A stretch of 64,000 nucleotides of DNA from an uncultured Acidobacteriota bacterium (GTDB taxonomy: Bacteria; Acidobacteriota; Thermoanaerobaculia; Multivoradales; JAHEKO01): the NCBI GenBank assembly GCA_963713825.1, contig CAVQNG010000001.1:32001-96000 (forward strand). Direction: 5' to 3'. Of the stretch, positions 31,376-40,079 are shown piece by piece. Both the position numbers and the translations under genes were made by a program. The notes below the pieces were generated by a model. The model ran no database searches, was not told the DNA's origin, and saw only the letters and a program-made list of their open reading frames with translations. How positions within the stretch are numbered: position 1 is the stretch's first letter; the number at the start of each line of letters is the position of its first letter.

Positions 31376-32419
31376 ATGACGCGAAGCCACGCCATCCGCT
31401 GGTTACGGTTTGCCGGCGTCTGTATCGCCCTGGCTACCGTCGCTGCAACACCAGCGGTAGCGAATAAGACTGACCAGATCCACATCGCAGGGATTGTGAT
31501 CGTGGGTGAGGTCAAGAGCCTCGAACGGGGCCGACTGCGGATCAGCACCGACTTCATGGGCACGGTCGAGGCGGACTGGGCGCAGGTCACGCGACTCGAC
31601 AGCAAGAAATGGTTCGAGGTCGAAGTCCGGGACGGTCATCGCTATTTTGGCAACATCGTGGACAGTGGCGAAGACAGTGTCCTCGCCGTTGAAGGCGACG
31701 ACACCACGGTGCGCCTGCCGTTCTCTGAGCTGGTGCTGATCAATCAGTCGAAGGAGGGCTTCTGGGGAAAGATCGACCTCAGTCTCGCCCTGGGCTACAG
31801 CTTCGTGCAAGCGACCGATACCACTCAAGGGTCCATCACCGGTGATGTCAGCCGCCGGACCCGACGCTTCTACAGCCAGTTTCATCTGCTGTCGATCCTC
31901 AGCGAGACGGGTGATGACCGCTTCACGCGCAACGATGTCTCGTGGACCATCACCCGGGCCCTGAAGGGCCGCTGGACCTATGATGCCGCAGCCGAATTCC
32001 AGAGCAATGAGAGCCTCGGGCTCGATCAGCGATACCTTTTGCGTGCGAGCTCCCTCTATCGAACCCTGCGCACCGACATCAGAGAGCTCGCGTTGGGTGC
32101 AGGCCTCGCGGCGGTCCGTGAACAGTACAGAGGCGGCGAGCCAGGTGACAACAGTTTGGAAGGCACATTGACGCTGCGCTACTTTGCCTTCCATTTCGAC
32201 GATCCCGAGCTCGAGGTGAAGGCATTCCTCACCGCCTACCCCAGCCTGACGTTTTCGGGAAGGTGGCGCACCGAGTTCCAGGCGGAAGTCAGTCGAGAGC
32301 TGGGTTGGGATCTTTTCTGGTCCCTGAATCTCTACTGGTCCACCGACAACAAACCTGTCAGTCCGGGAGCTCAATCCAGCGACTTGTCGATCACGGCATC
32401 TTTGGGTTGGAAGCCGTAG
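31376..32419 (+). CDS. DUF481 (YdiY-like) outer-membrane beta-barrel
   Basis: Signal peptide, N-terminal beta domain, alternating beta strands, C-terminal LGW. Confidence 0.7.
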   Translation: MTRSHAIRWLRFAGVCIALATVAATPAVANKTDQIHIAGIVIVGEVKSLERGRLRISTDFMGTVEADWAQVTRLDSKKWFEVEVRDGHRYFGNIVDSGEDSVLAVEGDDTTVRLPFSELVLINQSKEGFWGKIDLSLALGYSFVQATDTTQGSITGDVSRRTRRFYSQFHLLSILSETGDDRFTRNDVSWTITRALKGRWTYDAAAEFQSNESLGLDQRYLLRASSLYRTLRTDIRELALGAGLAAVREQYRGGEPGDNSLEGTLTLRYFAFHFDDPELEVKAFLTAYPSLTFSGRWRTEFQAEVSRELGWDLFWSLNLYWSTDNKPVSPGAQSSDLSITASLGWKP

Positions 32420-33294
32420 GGGGGCGGGCCTGCTGGGACCTGTCCCGAGATGGACGGTAGGTGAGTCGGGGAACGCAAAAGGACGAGACCCTGGTCCCGC
32501 GAACTCACACGAGCGACATCGTAGATACCCAGGACGAGACGGAGTGAGAGCAGGAATTTCCGCCGGAAGTCGGAGAGCCGCCCATAGTCGGCGCCGAACT
32601 GATTCTGAAGAGCTTTCCAGGGGATCAGGCTCGGTCGGCGAAGGTAGCTCATGCGGTGGGTGAGCCAGATGTAGATGTCGATGGCAAGCGGCGAGTGCTT
32701 CAACTGGTGCACTGCACGCAGATCGATCGGCACGGAAGAGCGAGTGATTCCCTGGAAGATGGCGCGGCTGAGGACAACCTTCGGTCTCCAGGTCGCCGGT
32801 TTCCGCGGCAGAACTCTTCTGAGGAACTGTAGACCAGTATCACCGGTAATGATCAGACCGTGGCCGCTTTCGTGGGAGCTCGAGTCTTTCGAGAATCGCC
32901 AGTTCAGTCGAGTGGTGAAGAGTCGCTCGAGCTGGTCTTGCAGCCGATAGACGGCGCCTCGCTTGCCGCTGATGGGAGTAAGGCCTAGCCTGCGAGCGAA
33001 GTCATTGGGGGATCGGCCGAGTTCGATCTCGCGGCTCTTCGAGCGAACTGCGGCGGTGGTCAAGTAGATGAGGATGAGGCGGGGATAGGAGCCGTAGGGT
33101 AGGCCAATGCGTCGAGGTGAGGACATTCGAAGAGAATGCTGACCGTTGACCCGCTCGAAGCGGTGACTCGTAGGCCGGCGGTGGGGAAGGGTGGTGAGCA
33201 CAAGGAGGCGCGGCATGAAGCCGAGGGCACCAGCCGACAGGGCGTCTACCGACTCGACAGGGAAGAGGTCCTTCGAGTGGCTCATGGCAGCCAT
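32371..33294 (-). CDS. repA: Plasmid-type replication initiator RepA (RepA_C), copy 2
   Basis: GLPYGSYPRL, ELGRSPNDF, PIDLRA...SPLAIDIYIWLTHR, PWKALQNQFGADY; clearly homologous to but diverged from copy 1. Confidence 0.85.
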   Translation of the reverse strand: MAAMSHSKDLFPVESVDALSAGALGFMPRLLVLTTLPHRRPTSHRFERVNGQHSLRMSSPRRIGLPYGSYPRLILIYLTTAAVRSKSREIELGRSPNDFARRLGLTPISGKRGAVYRLQDQLERLFTTRLNWRFSKDSSSHESGHGLIITGDTGLQFLRRVLPRKPATWRPKVVLSRAIFQGITRSSVPIDLRAVHQLKHSPLAIDIYIWLTHRMSYLRRPSLIPWKALQNQFGADYGRLSDFRRKFLLSLRLVLGIYDVARVSSRDQGLVLLRSPTHLPSISGQVPAGPPPYGFQPKDAVIDKSLD

Positions 33295-33635
33295 CAACGA
33301 CAGCACCCCACAACACAGAGGTAACAATTTTGGTAACAATGAACGGCAACTGAAGGCCACAAATGACAGCAGACGGCATTTACGCCTGTCGGCGTAAGTC
33401 GCTTGTTTTGTTGTGGTTGCGTGCTGTTGTCTGTTGTGGAGTGTGAGTTTTCAAAGGACTTAAAATCCCCCGCCTTAGGGCTTCCGGGTTCGAGTCCCGG
33501 CTCCGGCACCAGCTTAACCTCAAGTAAATGTTGGACCTAAAGCGTTTCAGATGAGGTCAACCCGAGCGCCGTCTAGGGCAGTGGTAACAATTTTGGTAAC
33601 ACTGAGGTCCATAAGAGGACCGCAGTTGACAGCAG
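33290..33635. repeat. att-like junction 2
   Basis: GGTAACAATTTTGGTAACA at 33320-33338 and 33583-33601 flanking the tRNA fragment; same palindrome as junction 1. Confidence 0.85.
33456..33511 (+). tRNA. tRNA-Leu(UAA) 3' fragment (att core)
   Basis: GGACTTAAAATCCCC-CGCCTTAGGGCTT-CCGGGTTCGAGTCCCGG-CTCCGGCACCA; 5' half absent. Confidence 0.85.
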
Positions 33636-33657
33636 ACTGCAACGACTCCGCTAGTCT

Positions 33658-33927
33658 CTAGAGAGGTTCGCGATAGACGTCGCTGCGGTGCCCGACCTTG
33701 ACTACATAGACAGTCAGCCGATCGTCTTCGATGGAATAGACGATTCGGTAGGGCCCCTGTCGAATCCGGTAGCGATCGCGCCCGGATAGCTTCTGGCAGC
33801 CGGGTGGCCGTGGATCCTCAGCCAACTGCCGGATCTTCCGTACGATCCGCTGCCGATCCTTCTTGCGAGAGATCGCCTCGATCTCCTTGGCAGCGGATCG
33901 CTTGATCAGGATCTCAAATCTTGCCAC
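33658..33927 (-). CDS. relE: RelE/ParE-family toxin
   Basis: DPRPPGCQKLSG..YRIRQG.YRIVY.I.D....V.VVKVGHR.DVYR. Confidence 0.9.
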   Translation of the reverse strand: MARFEILIKRSAAKEIEAISRKKDRQRIVRKIRQLAEDPRPPGCQKLSGRDRYRIRQGPYRIVYSIEDDRLTVYVVKVGHRSDVYREPL

Positions 33928-34147
33928 GCCGTTTGAGGTCCTTGACTACCGATTCAAACGGCAGATCGGGCTCGGTTGCCCTCTCTTCGAAGGCTGCTAG
34001 ATCTTCGGCGTCTTCTGCCAACGACAGCTTGACAGCTTCGTTGACTAGCTGGGACAGGCTCCGGTCCGTCTCGACTGCCTTCAGGCGAAGTGCGCGGTGA
34101 AGTCCGGGATCAAAGTAGACGGTGGCGCGCTTTTGGCTGCTGGGCAT
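33914..34147 (-). CDS. CopG/RHH antitoxin
   Basis: KRATVYFD..LHRALRLKA...SLS.LVNEAV...AEDAEDLAAF; upstream CGTTAAAA tandem repeat at ~34164-34181 is a possible operator. Confidence 0.85.
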   Translation of the reverse strand: MPSSQKRATVYFDPGLHRALRLKAVETDRSLSQLVNEAVKLSLAEDAEDLAAFEERATEPDLPFESVVKDLKRRGKI

Positions 34148-34382
34148 AATGCAGTCATTATAGCGTTAAAACGTTAAAACGTCTACAGGTTGAGTAGGGG
34201 CCATTGCTGCTCACGCGTCCTGTCCGAGAATAGGATCGTGTTGCATCTATTGCTCAGAGAATGGGTTACGCGCGGGTAGAAGGCGTCAGTGTGAGCCGAT
34301 TCGCACTTCGTAGGGTGCCAATGGTCTGCTCACAGTCCATGCGGCATCGCGATCGCGACGGTCGCGGTAGTATCGAACTGGC

Positions 34383-34727
34383 TCAGTTGGCTTGGGTCAG
34401 GATGGTCTCGACAACTTCCAAAAGACCTGGCAAGTCCTGTCGGATCAAGTGCCACACGATCTCGTGATCAATCGTGTCGTATCCATGTGCCAGAATGTTC
34501 CGAAAGGCCACGATTCGGGGTGTGTCGCCAATTCGGCCTGCTGTCTCTGAATCGGTGCGACGCAGCCTGTTGAGCGCCTCGCCGATGATCTCGAAGTTCC
34601 GCTCGATGGCTTGGCGCAGGAGACGATTCTCGAGGTAATGGGCAAGGTCGCTGTCACGGGTCTCATCGAGAACGAACGCCGCCGCGTCTCGGATGTCCTC
34701 CAGGTACTTGGGTGAATCAGGCTGCAT
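34383..34727 (-). CDS. HEPN-domain (DUF86) toxin, HepT-like
   Basis: AIERNFEIIGEA and RNILAHGY (Rx4H) motifs. Confidence 0.9.
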   Translation of the reverse strand: MQPDSPKYLEDIRDAAAFVLDETRDSDLAHYLENRLLRQAIERNFEIIGEALNRLRRTDSETAGRIGDTPRIVAFRNILAHGYDTIDHEIVWHLIRQDLPGLLEVVETILTQAN

Positions 34728-35022
34728 ATAGCACTTGCCGGGTCTTCTCGACGGAGTTGACGAAGTAAGGATTTCGAAGACTGCGGCGGGTCAAAAGGTC
34801 CACCCTGCGGCCGAAGAGCCTCTCGAGTGCCTCGAGTAGTCCGAAGTACTGGTCGGCTAGGCTCATCGAATCGACGGTCCGAAACTCCACGAGAAAGTCC
34901 AGATCGCTATCTTCGCGGAGATGTCCGGTCGCTGCAGAGCCGAAGACTTCGAGGCTCTCAACGTGGTATTGAGAGCACAGGTCGTCAAGAGCCTCGCGTT
35001 GCGCTTCAATCGTCTTGATCAT
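34717..35022 (-). CDS. Minimal nucleotidyltransferase antitoxin, MntA-like
   Basis: VFGSAATG....SDLDFLV...GRRVDL...LRNPYF. Confidence 0.9.
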   Translation of the reverse strand: MIKTIEAQREALDDLCSQYHVESLEVFGSAATGHLREDSDLDFLVEFRTVDSMSLADQYFGLLEALERLFGRRVDLLTRRSLRNPYFVNSVEKTRQVLYAA

Positions 35023-35228
35023 TCTCAGAAACCTCAGTCCATGAATTCTAACCCCGGGGCGATGTTACCCGAAGGCCTGGGTCGTCGAGACGGGGCGCTG
35101 ACCTTCGAGAGCTTGCGCCTGGGTGGGTCTTTTCGGGTTCGAATATGTGGCGGAGAGGGGTAGAGGCGTAGGCCGGAATCAGTGCGGCCGACACGACGGA
35201 TCTCATCGTCACGGCGCCCCTGCGCAGT

Positions 35229-36674
35229 TCAGAAGAGGTACTTGACCATCGTCTGGATGCGGGTGGCGTCTCCATCGTCGCCGTCCGCGTTCTCGCGCGT
35301 ACCCCACATCAGCTCGATGCCGGTGCTGAGCTTCTCGCGGGGCGTCCAGATCAGGTTCAGATGGCCCACGCCGCCGCTCTGGATGGCGTCCGGTTCCCGC
35401 TCGCCGATGTTCTCGAGGTCCGTCCACGCGAAGGCGAGGTTCGACGCCAGGGTGTCGGACCACGCGTGACCGAGCCCGAGGGCGGCGCTGTAGCCCTGTC
35501 GGGTGACGAGCCGGCCGTCGGGAGTCAGGTTCGCGTTCGCGTCACTGCCGGTGAGCGCCATGATGGTATCCGGCGTGCCGTCGCCGTAGGCCAGGTTCCA
35601 GGTGAAGAAGTTGGCGCTGCTGCCGAGGTTCTGGCGGCCGCCGAAGATCAGAGCCCACCCCACCGCGGTCGCGTCAGGTCCGACTCCTTCGCCGTCCCAG
35701 TGGAGCTGCTGTGCGAGGGCGGCCAGCGTTCTCACGCTGTTGGGCCGCTCGTGGGTGAGGCGCCCGGCGAGCACTGGCAGCTGTGGGCTCGCGCTCCCTC
35801 CGAGGTTATACGGGTTGTAGATGCCGGAGGTCTGCAGCTGCTCCAGCCCGACGGCCCAGCTCCAGCTCGAGTTCACGTCCTGCTGCCAGCGGACCTGCGG
35901 GGTGCGCGTCCCGAACAGCGCGTCGCCGGCACCGAAGTCGATTGTGAAGGGCAGCGACGCCAGCTCGGCAATCGTGGTCCAGGTCTGACCGACGAGCAGG
36001 TTGCCGTAGACGATGTAGGCGTGCCGCAGCCGTGGGGAGAGCGAGCTCTCGTCGAAGAAGTCCACCTCGAGGAAGAACTGTCCTGGCGGCCCGTCCGGCC
36101 CAGACTTGCGGACGTCGAGGTTCACCCGCGTCTCGCGCACGAACATGTTGAAGTAGCCGGAGCGCTCGGCCTCCGGCGAGCCTTCGACAGGGATCTGGGC
36201 GATCAGGAACTGGTACTTGTCCCCCGTGCCGTCGAAATCGTAGAGCGCGTCCAGCTTGAAATAGCCACCGATCTTCATCCGGGAATCGGTGCCAAACAGC
36301 GGCCACGATCCCGGGAAGGCGTCGTCCTCCAAATCCGACGCGGTCATGACCTCGTGCGAGTCCTTGGTCTGATTCGGGTCCGTCTCGAGCCGTTCCGGCG
36401 CGACGTCGTCCGATCCGGCGGCCGCTGTCTCACTGTCGGCCGTTGGTGCGGCCTCGGGCGCGGCTCCCTCCTCCGCGGCTCCCTCCTCCGCGAGCGCGGT
36501 GTCAAGCCGCCGTTCCAGCTCGTCGAGCCGCTCGATCTGCTCTTCGAGGCGCGCCCTCTCCTCGGCGAGCTCGCGGCGAAGCTGTTCCGGGTCCTCGGCG
36601 TCTTGCGCGCCGGCGATCGACACGCCGAGACAGAGCGCCGCCAGAAGAAGAGTTGAGTAAAGTCGCCAGCGCAT
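35229..36674 (-). CDS. DcaP-family trimeric outer-membrane porin
   Basis: N-terminal coiled coil, KIGGYFKLDA.YD, PRLRHAY...LLVGQTW, R.PQVRW, RIQ..VKYLF. Confidence 0.85.
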   Translation of the reverse strand: MRWRLYSTLLLAALCLGVSIAGAQDAEDPEQLRRELAEERARLEEQIERLDELERRLDTALAEEGAAEEGAAPEAAPTADSETAAAGSDDVAPERLETDPNQTKDSHEVMTASDLEDDAFPGSWPLFGTDSRMKIGGYFKLDALYDFDGTGDKYQFLIAQIPVEGSPEAERSGYFNMFVRETRVNLDVRKSGPDGPPGQFFLEVDFFDESSLSPRLRHAYIVYGNLLVGQTWTTIAELASLPFTIDFGAGDALFGTRTPQVRWQQDVNSSWSWAVGLEQLQTSGIYNPYNLGGSASPQLPVLAGRLTHERPNSVRTLAALAQQLHWDGEGVGPDATAVGWALIFGGRQNLGSSANFFTWNLAYGDGTPDTIMALTGSDANANLTPDGRLVTRQGYSAALGLGHAWSDTLASNLAFAWTDLENIGEREPDAIQSGGVGHLNLIWTPREKLSTGIELMWGTRENADGDDGDATRIQTMVKYLF

Positions 36675-36772
36675 CTTAGGCCTCCTGACTTCGAACCCTG
36701 GAGCTCCAGCCCCGCCGTTCGATCACAAACGACCCCGCCCCGCGGCCGTGCGGGTGGGGGCGGGGCCCGCGA

Positions 36773-38173
36773 TTACCGCAGGGTGTTTTTGTAAATCTTT
36801 CCGTCCTTCATTATCATCGCGAAGTTGTTCTCCGCATCGGCGACGAGGTCGAGATTTTCCAGGGGATTACCGTCGACCAGGATGAGGTCCGCGTAGGCAC
36901 CTTCCTCGATCACGCCGAGGGGCCCTTCGGTGTATGGGTTGCGCGGACCGCACAGCGCCAGCAGTGCGGCGTTGGTCGAGGTCGCCATCTTGAGCACTTC
37001 GTGCGGTGTGAACCAGCGTTCGAGCTTGGCCAGCATTTTTCCCTGCTTCTCTGCCGCCACGGGATCAAAGAGCATGTCGGTGCCGAACGCGATCTTGACG
37101 CCGATCTCTTTGGCCGCCCTGTAGATTCGGTCGGTGCCGGCGGTTACGGCCTCAAACTTCTCGGTGCTGTACGGGTTGTCAAACTGCAGCGCATCCTCGT
37201 CATTCAGGAGCGGCTGGATACTCAGCCAGACGTCGTTGTCCTTCATCATCTGCAACGTCTCATCGCTCATGAGGAAGCCGTGCTCGATCGACTTGATCCC
37301 TGCCCTGATCGCGGTCTGCGTCGCCTTGTCGGTGAAGATGTGGGCGGCAACGTAGGTGTTCCACGTCTCGGCGACATCGACGACCGCCTTCATTTCATCA
37401 AAGGTGTACTCCTGAACGTCGAGTGGGTCGAAGGCGGACGAAACGCCGCCTCCGCCGGCGATCTTGAGCTGGGTTGCGCCCATGCGCAGGTTCTCTCGGG
37501 CCCGCTTGATCACCTCCGGCACGCCGTCGGCGACCATGATAAGGCCGTTGCGCTCCCAGTAGCTCAGCGGATCGGTGCTGTTGGCCGGGACGTCGTTCTT
37601 TCCGCGAAAATCGAAGTGGCCCGAAGTCTGGCTGATTGGCGGGCCCGATGGGAACATCCGCGGACCAGGATGCTCGCCGGAATCCGTGAATTTCTTGATT
37701 GCAAACGGGTTGCCGCCGATATCGCGGACGGTCGTGAAGCCTCGCATCAGCGTCCTCTCGGCGCCGAGGAAGCCGATGATCGCGACCTCGGACATGTCGC
37801 CCGTAAACATGATGCTCTGCGGCGCGTAGGCATAGTAGGTGTGCCAGTGGGCGTCGATCAGGCCGGGAATCAGCGTCCGACCGCCGCCGTCGATCACTGT
37901 CACGTTGTCGGTCTGGATGAGAGCGAGAGGTGCGTCCGACACGGTCTCGATGAGGTTGTCCTTTACCAGGACATGCATGTTTTTGTGGAGTTTTTCGGAC
38001 GTGCCGTCAAAGATGTTGACGTTGCTGATGAGCACGAGCGTCGGCGCTGGCTGGCTCGCTTCCTGAGCCAGGCTTGCACCGCAGAGAATGCTCGTCAGCA
38101 ATCCGATCACGGCAACCCGTGAAGTTCTTCTGCTCCGTTGCCTATTCATGGTCCGAATCTTCTGGTCTTTCAT
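36773..38173 (-). CDS. Metal-dependent amidohydrolase (prolidase/imidazolonepropionase-like)
   Basis: PGLIDAHWH, GFTTVRD.GG, SQTSGH.D, SIEHG, AFGTD, GAYADLILVDGNPL. Confidence 0.9.
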   Translation of the reverse strand: MKDQKIRTMNRQRSRRTSRVAVIGLLTSILCGASLAQEASQPAPTLVLISNVNIFDGTSEKLHKNMHVLVKDNLIETVSDAPLALIQTDNVTVIDGGGRTLIPGLIDAHWHTYYAYAPQSIMFTGDMSEVAIIGFLGAERTLMRGFTTVRDIGGNPFAIKKFTDSGEHPGPRMFPSGPPISQTSGHFDFRGKNDVPANSTDPLSYWERNGLIMVADGVPEVIKRARENLRMGATQLKIAGGGGVSSAFDPLDVQEYTFDEMKAVVDVAETWNTYVAAHIFTDKATQTAIRAGIKSIEHGFLMSDETLQMMKDNDVWLSIQPLLNDEDALQFDNPYSTEKFEAVTAGTDRIYRAAKEIGVKIAFGTDMLFDPVAAEKQGKMLAKLERWFTPHEVLKMATSTNAALLALCGPRNPYTEGPLGVIEEGAYADLILVDGNPLENLDLVADAENNFAMIMKDGKIYKNTLR

Positions 38174-38318
38174 CGATTCCCTCTATTCAGTTTTTCTGAT
38201 CGGGATGCGGGTCCCGGCGTTATTCATGATCAACGTGGGATGGACCCAACGAATAACAGTTGCCGCAGGTAGGGCCCGCCCGACAGATCGTCGGAAGCGA
38301 CGGCCTCAGACTTGGAGA

Positions 38319-39965
38319 TCAATCTAGGTGAAAGTCCTCCATGCCCGGCACACCGCCGCCGAAGTCGATCGGCGCGGCATAGAACTCCTGCGTCCATCCC
38401 TCGATCGTGATCGGCTCGAAGTGGCTCCCTTCGGGCGGGTAGCGGACCGGTTGGCCCGGGGTGACACCCTCGAGCACCTGCGAGTCGTTGACGACAATGG
38501 TGCCGTTGACCACCACGTACGGGATGCCGACAGAGGGAAGCGTTCCCTTTTCATAAGTCGCCTTGTCGGTCACGGTTTCCGGGTCGAAGATGGTGATGTC
38601 CGCCACCATCCCCTGCTGGAGACGGCCCCGTTCCTGCATCGCCTTCAGTCCCATCCTGCCGAGGGGCAGGGCCGAGTTGTAGCTGGACATTGCAACGATC
38701 TGCATCAGAGGGATGTTGTTCTCGCGCGCCAGGCGAAAGGCCTTCGCAAAGCTGCCGGCCGCTCGCGGATGTGTATTGGGGAGATCCTCGTACGGGGTGT
38801 CCCAACGCAGGTCGTCGTCGGGGATCATGGGCATGCCGTCGGTGATCAACGTGACGCCCGGCAGCTGGAGCCAATCGGTGATGGCCGACTCGGGCATCTT
38901 GAAGACCAGCACCGCCCGGGTCGGTTCCTTCGCGACCATCTGCTCGCGCGTCTCCTGCGTATACCACTCGCCGGTCGCCACATCCTGGATGGTCTCTTCG
39001 TACTTGTACCCCAGGGTGTCGACCCACATCTCCGGTTCCAGGAAGACCGCGTTCAGGGCCGTGGAGCCGGCGGCATAGGGGTAGATCTCTCCCCAGACGT
39101 TCATGCCGCGGTCCCGCATCCGGACCAGCAGCTCGTGCACCAGGTTATAGCCGGGGTTGTTGAAATGGCAGGCCAGCGCCGGCGAGCCCAGGGCCGCCGC
39201 GTTGGCGAGCAGCTCCTGGATGCCGTTGGCCTCGGTGGTGTCGGTTCCGGGTGTGTAGCGGAAGTGTGCGCCGGTCTGCCGCCCGTAGCGCCCGGCCAGC
39301 ACCTGCAGCTCGAAGAACTCGCGGGCGGACACACCGTCGCGCATATAGCCGAGGGTGGAACCGATGCCGAGTCCGCCCGCCTGCAACCCTTCATCCAGGA
39401 GCTGGAGGATTCTGTTGCCTTCCTCGAGGTTGGGTTGTTTACAGCACCAGCCGTTCCCTACAGCACGGCTGTTGGCGGCCGAACGTGTGTCCTGGCCATC
39501 GGTGAATCCGTCGAGCACCTCTGCACGGGCAAACTCATGAGCCACGGCCTGACCGTAGTTCACCTGGTTTTTCCCTTCCCGTTCCTTGTACCACTGGTCG
39601 AGATAGGGACCATGGGTGCCGATCTCCAGATCCAGGACCGTGGTCCGGCCATCGCGCAGGGCGAGCTTGTTGGACCAGGGCCGGTCGTAGTGCCAGTGGG
39701 TGTCGACGAAGCCCGGGGCAACCACGTGGCCCGTGGCGTCGATGGTCTCCTTGCCTTTGATCTTGTCCTTTGTGATGACGGCGATCCGGCCGCCGTTGAT
39801 GCCGACATTGGCGACCGCGTCGTACATGCTCTCCGGGTCCATGACCCGGCCGTTGAGGATGACGAGGTCGTAGTCCTGGGCCACGGCGACCTGCGCAACG
39901 GCAAGGAGCCCGCAGATGAGCGCTGCCGCGCCGATGATCTTCGAGAACTTCAATGTCCGTTTCAT
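38319..39965 (-). CDS. Secreted N-acyl-D-amino-acid deacylase-like amidohydrolase
   Basis: YDLVILNGRVMDPE, APGFVDTHWH, YPY.AGST, HPR.AG.F, GRLQ.GM.ADI.IFDP. Confidence 0.85.
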   Translation of the reverse strand: MKRTLKFSKIIGAAALICGLLAVAQVAVAQDYDLVILNGRVMDPESMYDAVANVGINGGRIAVITKDKIKGKETIDATGHVVAPGFVDTHWHYDRPWSNKLALRDGRTTVLDLEIGTHGPYLDQWYKEREGKNQVNYGQAVAHEFARAEVLDGFTDGQDTRSAANSRAVGNGWCCKQPNLEEGNRILQLLDEGLQAGGLGIGSTLGYMRDGVSAREFFELQVLAGRYGRQTGAHFRYTPGTDTTEANGIQELLANAAALGSPALACHFNNPGYNLVHELLVRMRDRGMNVWGEIYPYAAGSTALNAVFLEPEMWVDTLGYKYEETIQDVATGEWYTQETREQMVAKEPTRAVLVFKMPESAITDWLQLPGVTLITDGMPMIPDDDLRWDTPYEDLPNTHPRAAGSFAKAFRLARENNIPLMQIVAMSSYNSALPLGRMGLKAMQERGRLQQGMVADITIFDPETVTDKATYEKGTLPSVGIPYVVVNGTIVVNDSQVLEGVTPGQPVRYPPEGSHFEPITIEGWTQEFYAAPIDFGGGVPGMEDFHLD

Positions 39966-40079
39966 GTTCAATCTCCTTTGGTTCGGGTTTTCAAGCTCTG
40001 ACACACCTCACCACGCTCGAACACGTTGTCGTCATTGCGAGTCGCCGGCTCGCATCGTTGTCTTCTCCCAGCAGCCCGC

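Larger units (their letters stand above)
4327..33455. mobile_element. Putative 29.1-kb integrated module bounded by tRNA-Leu att junctions; RepA-bearing, integrase-less
   Basis: Directly repeated junctions at both ends; repA at the right end; accessory cargo and a TA pair inside. Confidence 0.7.

Noticed and set aside
33600-35100. Classical integron with attC-flanked TA cassettes
   Set aside because: No GTTRRRY/RYYYAAC attC hairpins or IntI recognised.
36460-36489. 15-bp tandem repeat in dcaP
   Set aside because: In-frame low-complexity linker duplication (AEEGA x2); no sign of phase variation.
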